DNA of 64,000 nt from Chloroflexota bacterium (GTDB lineage Bacteria; Chloroflexota; UBA11872; VXOZ01). Under the pieces are notes generated by a model. That model was given only the letters and a program-made list of their open reading frames with translations. It searched no databases and was not told the origin of the DNA. Positions within the stretch are counted from its first letter, which is position 1; each line of letters starts with the position of its first letter. The position numbers and the translations under genes are program-made. Shown here piece after piece: positions 47,062-57,692 of this stretch. The DNA is taken from contig CAXXVD010000003.1 in assembly GCA_963662335.2 (NCBI GenBank), positions 576,001 through 640,000 on the forward strand. The letters are read 5' to 3'.

Positions 47062-47733
47062 TCAATCCACCTGCTTCGAGAGGTTGAGGTCCAGCATCTT
47101 GCCGGTCACCAGGTAGATCACGCGCTCGGCGATGTTGGTGGCGCGGTCCGCCGTGCGCTCCAGGTCGTGGGTCACCCAGAGCAAGTAGGTGGCCCGTTGG
47201 ATGCTGCGGGGGTCTCTGATCATGTAGAGCAGCAACTCGTGGTAGATTTGCTCGTGGAGCGCGTCCACGTCGTCGTCCGCGTCGCACACCTGCCGCGCCA
47301 GGTCTACGTCGCGGGAGACCAGCGCGTCGATGCTCTCGCGGAGCATTGTAATCGCCATGTCCGCCATGCGCGGGATGTCGATCAGGGGCTTCAGCGGCGG
47401 CTCGTCGCCCATCATGAGGCTGATCTTGCCGATGCCTTCCGCGTAGTCGCCCATGCGCTCCAACTCGACCGCAATGTGCAGCAGCGCAATGACCCACCGC
47501 AGGTCGCGGGCGGCGGGTTGTTGGGTAGCGAGCAGGTCGACGCAGCGCTCCTCGATGGCAAAGCGCTTCTCGTCGATAACGTCATCGAACGCTACCACGG
47601 CATGGGACGCCTCCAGGTCACGTTCCCGCAAGGCGTCGATGGCGTGCGTAATAGCCTTCTCCACCATGCTGGCCAGCGCGAGAATGCCGTCCTGGATCTC
47701 TTCTAGCTGGGTCTCGACGTTCGTGCGCGCCAT
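47062..47733 (-). CDS. phoU: Phosphate signalling protein PhoU
   Basis: D..ID, QQP.A.DLR, LERMGDYA..I, DDDVD, LER.AD.ATNIAE. Confidence 0.96.
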   Translation of the reverse strand: MARTNVETQLEEIQDGILALASMVEKAITHAIDALRERDLEASHAVVAFDDVIDEKRFAIEERCVDLLATQQPAARDLRWVIALLHIAVELERMGDYAEGIGKISLMMGDEPPLKPLIDIPRMADMAITMLRESIDALVSRDVDLARQVCDADDDVDALHEQIYHELLLYMIRDPRSIQRATYLLWVTHDLERTADRATNIAERVIYLVTGKMLDLNLSKQVD

Positions 47734-48023
47734 GGCGCTCTCCCCCTTTGCCGCGTCCGCGGCGCAGCCTGCCGCCGCCCGGCCACTCTGGCGAATGACG
47801 TTTCCGTTGCAAAGCGCCGGAAACGTCAGGGCGTACCCCTATGCAATATACCATCATGCACTTTTTTCGCCAAATCGCCTGCCGCGCGCCACCCGCGCGC
47901 TCCGATTTGCTCATTCGTTGTCGTCAAGTGTACGGGCACGGCACGTACGGAGGGTTTGTGTGGAGTGAACAACGTGTGAAATGACCCCGCGTTCTTGTGT
48001 CCGTGGGTAGTGGCCGCCTGTCC

Positions 48024-48141
48024 GTCATTCCCGCAAAAGCGGGAATCCATCTTCCCCTCGCACCCAGTGGATTCCCGCGTGCGCGGGAATCCATCTTGGT
48101 CGTGCACCGCGAAGATAGATTCCCGCGTGCGCGGGAATGAC
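48024..48141. repeat. Triple REP cluster (ATTCCCGC-N4-GCGGGAAT)
   Basis: Three palindromic cores between phoR and phoU. Confidence 0.85.
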
Positions 48142-48243
48142 GGAGGACCTCACGCAATCTTCATTGGCAGTGACGCGGTGAGGAAGGAAGCCGGCCTCGT
48201 CATCCATTGCGGGCGGCGCTGTTGAGGACTGCGCGCGGCCTCG

Positions 48244-49674
48244 TCACGATTCCCGCGCGTTGTCGGCCGCGGCCGGCAGGGTCACCGTAAACGTCGTGCC
48301 CTGGCCCTCCACGCTCTCGGCGTCGATCGCGCCGCCGTGCGCCTGCACCACGTGCTTCACGATGGCCAGTCCCAGGCCGAAGCCCTCGCTGTGGCGGGAG
48401 CGGTCCACCTTGTAGAAGCGCTCGAAGACGTGGGGCAGGTGCTTGCGGGGGATGCCCATGCCGGTGTCGCGCACGCGTAGGCGGACGCTGCCGTTCTCCG
48501 CGTGCGCCGAGAGCAGTATGTGCCCGCGCTTGGACGTGAACTTGAAGGCATTGTGCAGCAGGTTGCTCAAGACCTGGCGCAGCTTCTCCTCGTCGCCGCG
48601 GACCCGCGGCAGGCGCTCCGGCAGGGTCACGTCGAGCGCAATCTTCTTCTTCTCCGCCTGCTGGCGGTGCGCCTCCTGTAGTTCCGCCACGAGCGGGCGC
48701 AGATCCAACGGCGTGAGTTCCAGGCCGGCCTGCTCGCTCTCCAGCCGGGAAAGTTCCATCAACTCGTCCACCATCGCGGCCATGCGGTCCACGTCGCTGT
48801 TGATGCGGCGCAGGAAGTCCTTGGCGCGCTTCTTGTCTTTCAGCGCGCCGCTCTCCAGCGACTCGACCAGGCCCTTCACCGCGGCCAGCGGCCCGCGCAG
48901 TTCGTGGGAGACGTTGCTCACGAACTCCCGGCGGGTCGTCTCCACCTGGCGAATGCGCGTGAGGTCGTGCATCGTCAGCAGCACGCTGGAGTCGCCGTGT
49001 TCGGCCAGCGGCGTGGTGATCACGCTGAGATATTTCGCGCCCCACTGCGCCATTTCCACCTCGCCGTGCTGCACCGCGCCCTCCGATGCGCAGCGGGTGA
49101 CGAGGTGCTGCACGCTGTAGTCGCGGATGACCTCGCTGCAGCGCCGGCCGAGCGCCTCTCCGCCGGTGAGATTGAGTATCTGTTCGGCGGCGTGATTTAC
49201 CAGCACGATGCGGCCGGCGCCGTCGATGACGACCACGCCGTCAGCCATGGTGTTGAGCACGGCGGTCAACTTGCCGCGCTCCAGCGAGAGGTCGCGCACC
49301 ACGTCGCGCACGGAAGCGGCCATGCGGTTGAAGGCCTGGGCCAGTTCCTGGGTCTCGCGGCTGTCCTGGGCCTGGACGCGGTAATCGAGTTGGCCGGCGG
49401 CGAGTTGATGGGCGGCCTCGGTGAGCGCGCCAAGCGAGCGCGCCGCGCCGGCCGCGGCGGCGTAGCCCGCCAGCGCCGCCAACGCCACGCCGGCCGCGCC
49501 GATCACACCGAGCGCAACGAGGTCGCGCCCAACACCCGCCGCCGCGTCTCTGCCAACGCCCGCAACGAAATAGGCGCCGGCCGCGCCGAGCGTGAGCACA
49601 ACCAGCGCGGCGCCGGCCAACGTGACGCGCCATTGCAGCGAACGTCGACTTCGTCGCAGATGAGGAAATTTCAT
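48244..49674 (-). CDS. phoR: Sensor histidine kinase, PhoR-like (2 TM, HAMP, PAS, HisKA, HATPase)
   Basis: FVSNVSHELR.PL, NLL.NA.KF, DTG.GI, FERFYKVD.SR, GLGLAIVKH; adjacent to phoU. Confidence 0.85.
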   Translation of the reverse strand: MKFPHLRRSRRSLQWRVTLAGAALVVLTLGAAGAYFVAGVGRDAAAGVGRDLVALGVIGAAGVALAALAGYAAAAGAARSLGALTEAAHQLAAGQLDYRVQAQDSRETQELAQAFNRMAASVRDVVRDLSLERGKLTAVLNTMADGVVVIDGAGRIVLVNHAAEQILNLTGGEALGRRCSEVIRDYSVQHLVTRCASEGAVQHGEVEMAQWGAKYLSVITTPLAEHGDSSVLLTMHDLTRIRQVETTRREFVSNVSHELRGPLAAVKGLVESLESGALKDKKRAKDFLRRINSDVDRMAAMVDELMELSRLESEQAGLELTPLDLRPLVAELQEAHRQQAEKKKIALDVTLPERLPRVRGDEEKLRQVLSNLLHNAFKFTSKRGHILLSAHAENGSVRLRVRDTGMGIPRKHLPHVFERFYKVDRSRHSEGFGLGLAIVKHVVQAHGGAIDAESVEGQGTTFTVTLPAAADNARES

Positions 49675-50375
49675 GCTTCAAACCGGTAGCCCACGCCCCG
49701 CACGGTCACGATGCGGGTCGGTTCGCTGGGTTCCGCCTCGATCTTCTCCCGCAGCCGGCGCACGTGCACGTCCACCGTCCGGCTGTCGCCCACCCAATCG
49801 AAGCCCCAGATGCGCTCCAGGATCTGGTCGCGGCTGAAGACCCGGTTGCGGCCGGACATGAGCAGCGCCAGCAGGCTGAATTCCTTGGGCTTGAGGGCCA
49901 GCGCGCGGTCGCCCAGGGTTGCGGTGTGGCTGCCGAGGTTTAGCTCCAGGTCGGCCGCGCGGAGCACGGTGGCGGCGGCGTCCTCCTGGGGTCGATTCTT
50001 GCCGCCCGGCCCCGCCCGGCGGCGCACGGCGCGCATCCGCGCCAGCAACTCGCGCGTGCTGAAGGGCTTCACCACGTAGTCGTCCGCGCCCAGTTCCAGG
50101 CCGACCACCCGGTCAACCTCTTCACCCTTTGCCGTGAGCATGATGATCGGCGCGGCCGTCTCCTGGCGCAGGATGCGGCAGACTTCCAGGCCGTCGAGCA
50201 CCGGCAGCATGATGTCGAGGATGATGAGGTCGGGCCGCGCCTCTCGCGCCAGTTCCAGACCCTCTTCGCCGTCCCGGGCGCTGTGCACCGCGTAGCCGTC
50301 CTGCTCCAGGCGGTAGCGCAATGCCTCCTGCAGGTTGTCGTCATCTTCGATGATCAGCACGGTTTCGCGTGGCAA
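49671..50375 (-). CDS. phoB: OmpR/PhoB family response regulator
   Basis: IEDD, LDIMLP, GADDY..KPF, RTVDVH..RLR.K, TVRGVGY; overlaps the kinase start. Confidence 0.82.
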   Translation of the reverse strand: MPRETVLIIEDDDNLQEALRYRLEQDGYAVHSARDGEEGLELAREARPDLIILDIMLPVLDGLEVCRILRQETAAPIIMLTAKGEEVDRVVGLELGADDYVVKPFSTRELLARMRAVRRRAGPGGKNRPQEDAAATVLRAADLELNLGSHTATLGDRALALKPKEFSLLALLMSGRNRVFSRDQILERIWGFDWVGDSRTVDVHVRRLREKIEAEPSEPTRIVTVRGVGYRFEA

Positions 50376-50753
50376 TGGCTTCTCCCCAGCAGTACGGTCG
50401 GATTAGCGCGCGGCGCCGCAACGCATCGTGTACGAAGCGATGGAAGCGCGCTCAGCCTCTATTATGTCACACGCGCGCGGCGCGGGGCAGGACGCTCGCC
50501 GTTCGCAACCATGTTGACCGCAAGCGCAGAGCTATCTATGATCGATGGAGCACGCAAACGGAGCGCAGGGAAGATGTCCGGCGCGCCATCGGCAACTCTC
50601 GACTGCTTGTTGGGCTTCAGCGAAGAGATGGTCGCGTTTCACAGGCGGTGCCGAGCGGACACCCCTGCCGCGCATAAAGTACGGCGCGGCGACCGAGAAG
50701 CTATCCAACAAGGCCTTACTAAAGTAGCCCCCTCACTTTAATGCGACAACATT

Positions 50754-50774
50754 GGGGACAAGCCCCCGCGCTAC
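50754..50774 (-). repeat. REP-like GTAGCGCGGGGGCTTGTCCCC
   Basis: Inverted copy of the family. Confidence 0.75.
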
Positions 50775-50880
50775 GATTGGTGGCGTCTCTCTTGTCCGTC
50801 ATTGCCGTAGAAAGGGAGTACGGCTCGAACGTTAAGATGGCGGCCAAAAGAAGAAGTGGTCAGGCAGCCAAGACGTGCTC

Positions 50881-51270
50881 TCAGCCCGCTGTCGCAATCA
50901 TCCAATGGTTGCCGCCGGGATCCAGGACGCGGGCCACGCGGTCGCCGTAGGGCTCGTCCGCCGGCCCGGCAATGGCCGTCGCGCCGGCTGCAACGGCCTG
51001 GGCAAACGTGCGGTCCACGTCCCCGACGTAGAGGTGTATGAGCGATGTGGTGGCGGGAAAGTCGGGCGGGAAGGCATCGGCCACCATTAGAACGGCGCCG
51101 CCGATTTCGACCTCGGCGTGACCGACACCGCCTTGGGGCATGGGCACGCGGCGGCGCTCCACGGCGTCAAACGCAGCCGCCAAGAAATCGATGTACCCGG
51201 CAGCGTCTGCCACGAGTAGATACGGCGTAACGGCCGTGTAGCCATCGGGAATAGGTTTACAGGCGGACAC
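50881..51270 (-). CDS. VOC/glyoxalase family protein (PhnB-like)
   Basis: P.GY..VTPYL, HAE..IGG..LM, LYV.DVD, YGDR...V.DP.GN.W. Confidence 0.9.
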   Translation of the reverse strand: MSACKPIPDGYTAVTPYLLVADAAGYIDFLAAAFDAVERRRVPMPQGGVGHAEVEIGGAVLMVADAFPPDFPATTSLIHLYVGDVDRTFAQAVAAGATAIAGPADEPYGDRVARVLDPGGNHWMIATAG

Positions 51271-51400
51271 TGTGCGTCCTTTCGCGTGGGAACCCCACTG
51301 GACTATAGGAGAGCCTTGTCCCCGCTGTCAAACGAAACGCAACCCGGCATGATAATGATTGATAAGACACGCCCCACCGGGTAGTCTCCGGAGCGAACAC

Positions 51401-51922
51401 GTGGTCGACCCATCCTTTGAAACGTCAATCACTCTACCCGCCCTTGGCGTGGCGCGCTTCTATTGTCTGCGCACAACGGACGCCGACCTCATTTACGCCT
51501 TCTTCCAGGCGCTCGGCAAGCAGACCCGCGCGTGGTTCCGGCCGCATACGCCGTGGACGTATGCCGTGGCGCAAGACCTGGCGGCCCAGGCGGAAGACCC
51601 CGACTATATCCGCTTTCTCGTCCTCGCACAGAGGGAGGGCAAAGAAGAGCCGGCCGGCTACGGATTCTTTGAAAACCTACAGTCCCCGCGCCCGGTGCTC
51701 GGCATCGCGGTGGCCGACGCGTACCAAGAGAAGGGACTCGGTCAGGCAATAATGCAACACCTGAAAGATGTTGCGCGTCAATTGGGCAAGAGGCATATCC
51801 TCCTCACGGTGGACGGCGACAACCTGCGGGCGCGGCACGTCTACGCGAAGCTGGGCTTCACGCAGACGCGGCTGATCCCGGGGAGTTCCCACAACGCCCG
51901 TGATATGGAGTGCGAACTGTAG
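51401..51922 (+). CDS. GNAT family N-acetyltransferase
   Basis: V.DAYQEKGLG and N..A..VY.KLGF; start uncertain (51359 to 51401). Confidence 0.87.
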   Translation: MVDPSFETSITLPALGVARFYCLRTTDADLIYAFFQALGKQTRAWFRPHTPWTYAVAQDLAAQAEDPDYIRFLVLAQREGKEEPAGYGFFENLQSPRPVLGIAVADAYQEKGLGQAIMQHLKDVARQLGKRHILLTVDGDNLRARHVYAKLGFTQTRLIPGSSHNARDMECEL

Positions 51923-52073
51923 CCGGTCGGTTGCCGCCGGCACGTTTGAAACCGCGGGCCGCTTCCGGGCGATTCTTCAGTCTCCGCTCTTGCCGACGCA
52001 CGCTATAGAGTCGTATTCTAGGCGAAACAGCTTCGCCAAATTGCCCATAGGAGCGAGAGGAGCACGAGATCTC

Positions 52074-54770
52074 ATGGCGATCAAGACATGGCCGGCCGAG
52101 GTCAACAGCGTCCGCAAAGCGACCGTGGTTCCCTGGGATGACGTCACGTTGCCGGAGGAGATCTTCATCGTCCCCGGCGCGCACTTCGACTTCGGCTGGT
52201 GCGCGGGCATCTCCGAGTGCCTCGCCTACGCCGACGAACTTATCAAAGGCTCTATCGACGCCATCACCGGCCCGACGCCGGACTACCGCTTTACCGTTGA
52301 GTACGCCGCTTTTCTGCGCCACTTCCTCACACGCTTCCCGGAGTACCTGCCCACGGTGAAGCAACTCATCGCGGAGCGCAAGCTGGAGACCACCGCCGCC
52401 ATGGTCGGCTACATGGAGGACATCCTCGACGGCGAACTCATGGTGCGGGAGATCGTGCACGCCAAGCACTTCGCCCGTGACGTGCTGGACTGCGACCTGC
52501 CCACGGCGCAGCACTCGGACCTGCCCGGCCACACGCCGCAGACGCCACAACTGCTCGCCAAAGCGGGCGTGAAGTACTTTTCCTACACGCGCTTCCGCCC
52601 GTATTCGCCGGTGCACTGGTGGGAAGCCCCCGACGGCTCGCGGGTGCTGGCGGCCAACCACATGAACAACTACGGCTGGGCCTTTCTGCTCACCAACCCG
52701 GAACTGGGCTGGCTGCCCGAGTACGAGGGCGATGAGCCGGAAGTCTACTCGATTTCGGAGGCCATGCGTCTCTGGCCCCTGCCCGTGCTCCTGATGATGG
52801 GCCAGTCCGACTTGCGCCCGCCGGTGCCGGCGGACATGGTCGCCAGGGCCAAGGAATTGACGGCGGAAGGCAAGCTGAACTTCACCTTCTCAACGATCAC
52901 GGGCTTCTTCGAGGCCGCCGAGCGCACCGGCCTGGTGGACGATTTGCCCGTCTACGGCGGCCATTACCCGTACGCCTTCTACTCGATCCCGGCTTTTGCG
53001 ACGCGCGTCTATCTGGAAGCGCGGCGCGCCGAGAATGCCCTTGCCAGCGCGGAGAAACTCTCCGCTATCCGCGGCCTGCTGGGCCTGGGCGCGTACCCGC
53101 GCGCCGAACTCGATCCCGCCTGGGAAGATCTCTATAACTGCCATGACCACAATGTTGGGGGCAGGCATGGGGAGCTCAACGACGACGTGCGCTACAAGAC
53201 CGCCGTGCACGCCCACATGGTCGGCATGGAAATTGCCCGCGAGGCCAACAACCAATTTGCCACCCACGTCAATTACACGCCGCCCAGCGACGCGGCGCGC
53301 ACGCTGCTGGTCAGCAACCCGCTCAACTGGGACCGCGCCGACGTGGTGGTGGACTACATGGAGTTCGGCGGCGATAACGTCACCGGCGTGCGCGTCACCG
53401 ATGGGCAGGGCAACGAGATGCCGTGCCAGGTGCTCGCGGCGCAAAACGCCGGCGATGACCGCGTCGATGCCGCCGGCATGCAGTATTCGCGGGTGGACTT
53501 CGCGTTCCTGGCCAAGGACGTGCCTTCGCTGGGCATCAAGGCCTTCTACCTGGAGCCCCGGGTCGGCGCCAGCGACCAGGATACGCGCCGCATGACCATG
53601 GAACACGTGGTGGAGAACGACCACTTCCGCCTGGACGTCAGCGGCGGCATGGTGAAGAGCCTGCAATGGAAGCGGCCGGACGGCTCGAATGTGGAGTTAG
53701 CCGCCCAGGCCGACCACTACTTCAACGAGGTGGTGGTGATCGAGGACCTGCGCTTCGACCTGGAAGACTCGCAAGACGAGCAGGCCATGAAGGTGCCAAC
53801 CACCGATGAGGCGCTGGACGTGCAGGCCAGAGGCGAACAGTGGCTGGCGGACACGAACTTTACCGGCCGCGAGTGGCGGGCCAGCGACGGGCCGACGCAG
53901 GTGCAGTGGGTCGAGCGCGGGCCGCTCTGGACCACCGTCTGCCTGCGCAGCCACGTGCGGGAAGCGCCGATCACGCAGCAGATCCGCCTGCACAACCACG
54001 AGCCGCGCGTTGACCTGACCACCACTATCGACTGGAACGGCACGAAGAATACCCAGGTGCGCCTGGCCCTGCCGTTCAACGTGGCGGACGGCGCGGTGAC
54101 GTATGAGGTGCCCTTTGGCAACGTGGTCTTTGGCGAGGGCGAGGTGCCGAACACCTATCGCGGCGACGGCACGCGCTGGGTGCAGAAGTGGCTGGACGTC
54201 TCCAACGGCGACTACGGCGTCACCCTGGGCACCAGCAACTGCGGCCACGCCATCAAAGGCACGGACATCTACGCGAATCTCATTCGCACGGCCTACTCCT
54301 GCGGCACGCCGTTCTTCGAGTACCCGAATCTCGGCGTGCACACCTACCACGCCACGCTCGTGCCCCACGCGGGCGATTGGCGCGGCGCGAACGCCGAGCG
54401 GGTCGGCTGGCAGCACTGGAACCCCTTGCAAGCCGCCAAGCTGGCTACCGCCGCGCCCATGCAGCCGTTCGCGGGTAACACGTTCCTGAGTGACGAAGAG
54501 AGTTTCGTGCGTACGGATGCGTCGAACGTGGTGATCACCACCATCCAGGAACACCCGGAGCGCCCCGGCGCCTGGCTGCTGCGCCTCTTCGAGGCCCACG
54601 GCGAAGAGGACACGACGGTCACGCTGCAACTGCCGCGCGCGGTGGCAGCGGCGTGGGTCACCAATCTGATGGGCGATTTGGAGACCGAACTTGCGGTCTC
54701 CGGCAATACGGTCACCGTGCCGTTGGGCGGCTACGAGATCGAGACGCTCGCCGTTGCCTTTGCCGGCTAG
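52074..54770 (+). CDS. Glycoside hydrolase family 38 (alpha-mannosidase-like)
   Basis: HFDFGW Zn site, D.PGH..PQ nucleophile region, W.APDGS, CHD, NPL.W, YEVPFG, LRLFE, YEI.TL; ATG 52074. Confidence 0.9.
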   Translation: MAIKTWPAEVNSVRKATVVPWDDVTLPEEIFIVPGAHFDFGWCAGISECLAYADELIKGSIDAITGPTPDYRFTVEYAAFLRHFLTRFPEYLPTVKQLIAERKLETTAAMVGYMEDILDGELMVREIVHAKHFARDVLDCDLPTAQHSDLPGHTPQTPQLLAKAGVKYFSYTRFRPYSPVHWWEAPDGSRVLAANHMNNYGWAFLLTNPELGWLPEYEGDEPEVYSISEAMRLWPLPVLLMMGQSDLRPPVPADMVARAKELTAEGKLNFTFSTITGFFEAAERTGLVDDLPVYGGHYPYAFYSIPAFATRVYLEARRAENALASAEKLSAIRGLLGLGAYPRAELDPAWEDLYNCHDHNVGGRHGELNDDVRYKTAVHAHMVGMEIAREANNQFATHVNYTPPSDAARTLLVSNPLNWDRADVVVDYMEFGGDNVTGVRVTDGQGNEMPCQVLAAQNAGDDRVDAAGMQYSRVDFAFLAKDVPSLGIKAFYLEPRVGASDQDTRRMTMEHVVENDHFRLDVSGGMVKSLQWKRPDGSNVELAAQADHYFNEVVVIEDLRFDLEDSQDEQAMKVPTTDEALDVQARGEQWLADTNFTGREWRASDGPTQVQWVERGPLWTTVCLRSHVREAPITQQIRLHNHEPRVDLTTTIDWNGTKNTQVRLALPFNVADGAVTYEVPFGNVVFGEGEVPNTYRGDGTRWVQKWLDVSNGDYGVTLGTSNCGHAIKGTDIYANLIRTAYSCGTPFFEYPNLGVHTYHATLVPHAGDWRGANAERVGWQHWNPLQAAKLATAAPMQPFAGNTFLSDEESFVRTDASNVVITTIQEHPERPGAWLLRLFEAHGEEDTTVTLQLPRAVAAAWVTNLMGDLETELAVSGNTVTVPLGGYEIETLAVAFAG

Positions 54771-54863
54771 AGGGCGCGCTACGGCCTGGGCGGTAATGGC
54801 GCTCTGGGCCGGCACGGCTGCGTAACCCCGGTTGCGCCGCATCCGGCCCAGAGCGTGACCGGA

Positions 54864-55841
54864 TTAGTGAAGCGCCGCCGCGCCGTTGCGGTTGCTCAGC
54901 CAGAGGCGCACCAGGTGCCGCCGCCGTTCCGGTTCGGGATAGTCCTCGAACGAGGTGCGGTTGTGCAGCAGCCAGTGGTTGCTGGTGAAGAGCATCTGGC
55001 CCGGCTCCAGCAGCAGTTCCACGTGGAGTTCCGGCCGGCGCAGCGTGGCTTCCACCGCCGCCAGCGCCCGTTCCTGCGCCGGGCTGAACGGCTCGTCCAT
55101 GCGCTCCTGGCCGACCTGGATGTAGTAGTACAGGTAGCGAATGTGCAGGCCGTGGTCGTCCCAGCGGAAGACCGGCGCTTCGAACACCGGCTTTTCGCCT
55201 TCCTTGAACTGCCCGCGCCGGTCGAAGTAGAAATTCTCGTAGAGAGCCGGCAAATCCTGCGGATGCTCCTCGAGCAACGCATTATGCAGCGAATACGCGC
55301 TCAGGAACTGGCTCCGGCCGCCTGACTTCGCCCCGTGCAAGCTGAGCAGGCCCAGGATGTCGGGAATGGGATCGCCGAAGCAGTGGTCCATGTGGAAACT
55401 GCTCTCCACGTTGCTCACGGAGAAGCGCGCCCCTTTGGTCGGGTCTTGGCCGGTGTCGCGCACGTCGTAGAGCAGCGTGCCTTTCACGTCCTGGGCAAAG
55501 GGCGCGCCCAGCAGTTGGCCGACCACCCAGTAGAGCGCCTGCGCTTCCGCGCGGGTGTATCGCTCCAGGGAGAGACGCTCCACGATGGCAAATCCTCGTC
55601 CGGTCTCCAAACCGGCCAGCGCGCCTTCCAAGACGGCGGCGCACGCCGGGAAATTCGCGGGCTCGATGCGCGTTTCCGTAAGCGGCCGGGACGCGCCCGG
55701 CAGTACAGCCAAGAAGCCGTCAAGCTCTCTGAAGCACGCCGGCGTCAACGTGTAGCGCCATGCCGCCTCAGCGTCGATCGTCTGCGCGGTCCACGCCCGT
55801 GAGTCGGTGATCGCTTCCGAGAGAATCTGCGCGGTTGCCAT
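54864..55841 (-). CDS. TauD/TfdA family 2-oxoglutarate/Fe(II) dioxygenase
   Basis: FHMD (HXD), GG.S, N...LHNR..F, R.L.RLW; AGGAGG RBS. Confidence 0.92.
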   Translation of the reverse strand: MATAQILSEAITDSRAWTAQTIDAEAAWRYTLTPACFRELDGFLAVLPGASRPLTETRIEPANFPACAAVLEGALAGLETGRGFAIVERLSLERYTRAEAQALYWVVGQLLGAPFAQDVKGTLLYDVRDTGQDPTKGARFSVSNVESSFHMDHCFGDPIPDILGLLSLHGAKSGGRSQFLSAYSLHNALLEEHPQDLPALYENFYFDRRGQFKEGEKPVFEAPVFRWDDHGLHIRYLYYYIQVGQERMDEPFSPAQERALAAVEATLRRPELHVELLLEPGQMLFTSNHWLLHNRTSFEDYPEPERRRHLVRLWLSNRNGAAALH

Positions 55842-56179
55842 TGTGTTATTCCTCCTGCGTTCTCTGCTGTGCGGTGCCTTGGCGCATGATTCGAGTTTCA
55901 GGTCATCACTTCGATCTTCGGTCTTGGCGTCTCGATGCTTGCGTCACCCCAACGCCACACCGTCGAGGGCGTACCCGGCTGCTACGACCACTGTCGACAT
56001 TCTACACCACTGGGCGCGGCGCTTTCCTGGGGTCACCAACCGCGTTATCCTTCCTTTCCCTTCACGAAGTCTCACGTGATTGAGAGGTCGGCGGCGCGAC
56101 CGCAGCCGGCCGTGCGCGTGTCGGGCCTCCGCCCGTCCTTGAATCCGCCTACCCGCCGCGCTAGAATCGGTACGTCCGC

Positions 56180-57676
56180 ATGGGCAGCGCGGTAGGCTTG
56201 CGTATTCTCCCGCGAGCCCCGGATTACCATTGTGGCGGTATGAGTGGCTTGCGGCGGCTGAGCATGGCAATGAAGAGCGCGGGAATCGAAAGCCGGCAGT
56301 TGCGGGAACCGGCTGCGGAAGCCGACGGGGGCACGTACCTCAGGCGGCTGCGCGACCGGCGGAACGCCTATCTGGCGCGCATGGCGCCGCTGTGGGCGCG
56401 GGCGCACCCGTACGCGCGGCGAGTATTGCGGGAGCGCGGTTTGACGGCGGCGGACTTCCGTACGGTGGACGACATTGCCAAGCTGCCGCCCATGACCAAG
56501 CAGGACTACGTGCGGGAGCCTGAGCGGTTTCGCTTGGACGCCAGCCGGGTACCCGGCCTTAGCTTGGAAGAAAGAACCCTGGCCGACGTCATCTATACCG
56601 CGGGTTCCACCGGCGAGCCGACGCCGTTCTACGACACGGTGCACGACCGGTTCGCGCGCATCGACCTGCTGGCGCGCGGCGCGCGCATCGCGGGCATTGG
56701 GCCGGCCGACACGGTGATAAACCTCTTTCCCCTGAGCGCCGTGCCGCATCAAGGCTTTCTCAGCGCCGCGTGGGGGGCCATGGCGACCGGCGGCAAGCTA
56801 CTCAGCGCCCTGACCGGCCGCGCCTACGCCGACTTTCCCGTGCACCGGCGCATGGACGAGGCCATCGACCTGATCGAGAGCCAGCGCGCCACGGTGCTCT
56901 GGGGCATTACCTCGTACGTGCGGCGCGTGATCCTGCGCGCGGAGGAGTTGGGTAAGGACTTCAGCGCGGTGCGGCTGGTGATGGCAATGGGCGAGCCGTG
57001 CCCCACCGCCATGCGCGAGGACATGCGCGCCCGCCTTATGCGCCTGGGCAGCGCGCATGTTACGGTCAACAATGGCTACGGCATGACGGAGTTGATGGGG
57101 CCGTCCACGGAGTGCCGCGAAAACGGCGGCGCCCACCTGCCGGCGCCGGAACAGTTCCACATCGAGGTGGTAGACCCGGACACCTACGCGCCCGTGCCCG
57201 ACGGCGCGCGCGGCCTGCTGGTGCTTACGCACCTCAACCGGCGGGGCACGGCGCTGCTGCGCTACGTGGCCGGCGACGTGGTTGCCCTGACCCACGAGCC
57301 GTGCCCCCACTGCGGCCGCTACGAGCCGCGCTTCCTGGGCAGCCCCTACCGGGTGGACGGCCTGACGAAAGTGAAAGGCACGCTGGTGAATCCGGCGGTG
57401 CTGCTGGAAGGCCTCTCCGGCTTGCTGCAGCGCGGGGTGAAGGAGTACCAGGTCGTCATTGCGCGGGAGAATGCGCGCGATGCGCTCTCCGCCGACGTGC
57501 TGCGGGTGCGCGCCGCCTGCGCGGCTGACGCACAGGAGCGTTTGCGGCGGGAAATTACGGCCGCCGTGCGCGCCGAAACGGAGATCAGCCCGGAGATCGA
57601 GTTTCTGCCGCCGGACGGCTTTGGCGAGATGGCCGGCGGGTATAAGTTCAAGCGCTTCGTGGACGAGCGGACGTGA
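56180..57676 (+). CDS. Phenylacetate-CoA ligase (PaaK)-like adenylate-forming enzyme
   Basis: LP..TK.D, YTAGSTG, GEP, GYGMTE, EVVDP, LRY..GD, KVKG..V.P; true start likely 56240 to 56270. Confidence 0.85.
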   Translation: MGSAVGLRILPRAPDYHCGGMSGLRRLSMAMKSAGIESRQLREPAAEADGGTYLRRLRDRRNAYLARMAPLWARAHPYARRVLRERGLTAADFRTVDDIAKLPPMTKQDYVREPERFRLDASRVPGLSLEERTLADVIYTAGSTGEPTPFYDTVHDRFARIDLLARGARIAGIGPADTVINLFPLSAVPHQGFLSAAWGAMATGGKLLSALTGRAYADFPVHRRMDEAIDLIESQRATVLWGITSYVRRVILRAEELGKDFSAVRLVMAMGEPCPTAMREDMRARLMRLGSAHVTVNNGYGMTELMGPSTECRENGGAHLPAPEQFHIEVVDPDTYAPVPDGARGLLVLTHLNRRGTALLRYVAGDVVALTHEPCPHCGRYEPRFLGSPYRVDGLTKVKGTLVNPAVLLEGLSGLLQRGVKEYQVVIARENARDALSADVLRVRAACAADAQERLRREITAAVRAETEISPEIEFLPPDGFGEMAGGYKFKRFVDERT

Positions 57677-57692
57677 TACGCGCAATGCTACA

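Noticed and set aside
55845-56060. Riboswitch or leader peptide upstream of the TauD gene
   Set aside because: A long leader is plausible, but no known aptamer consensus or convincing ORF was recognised.
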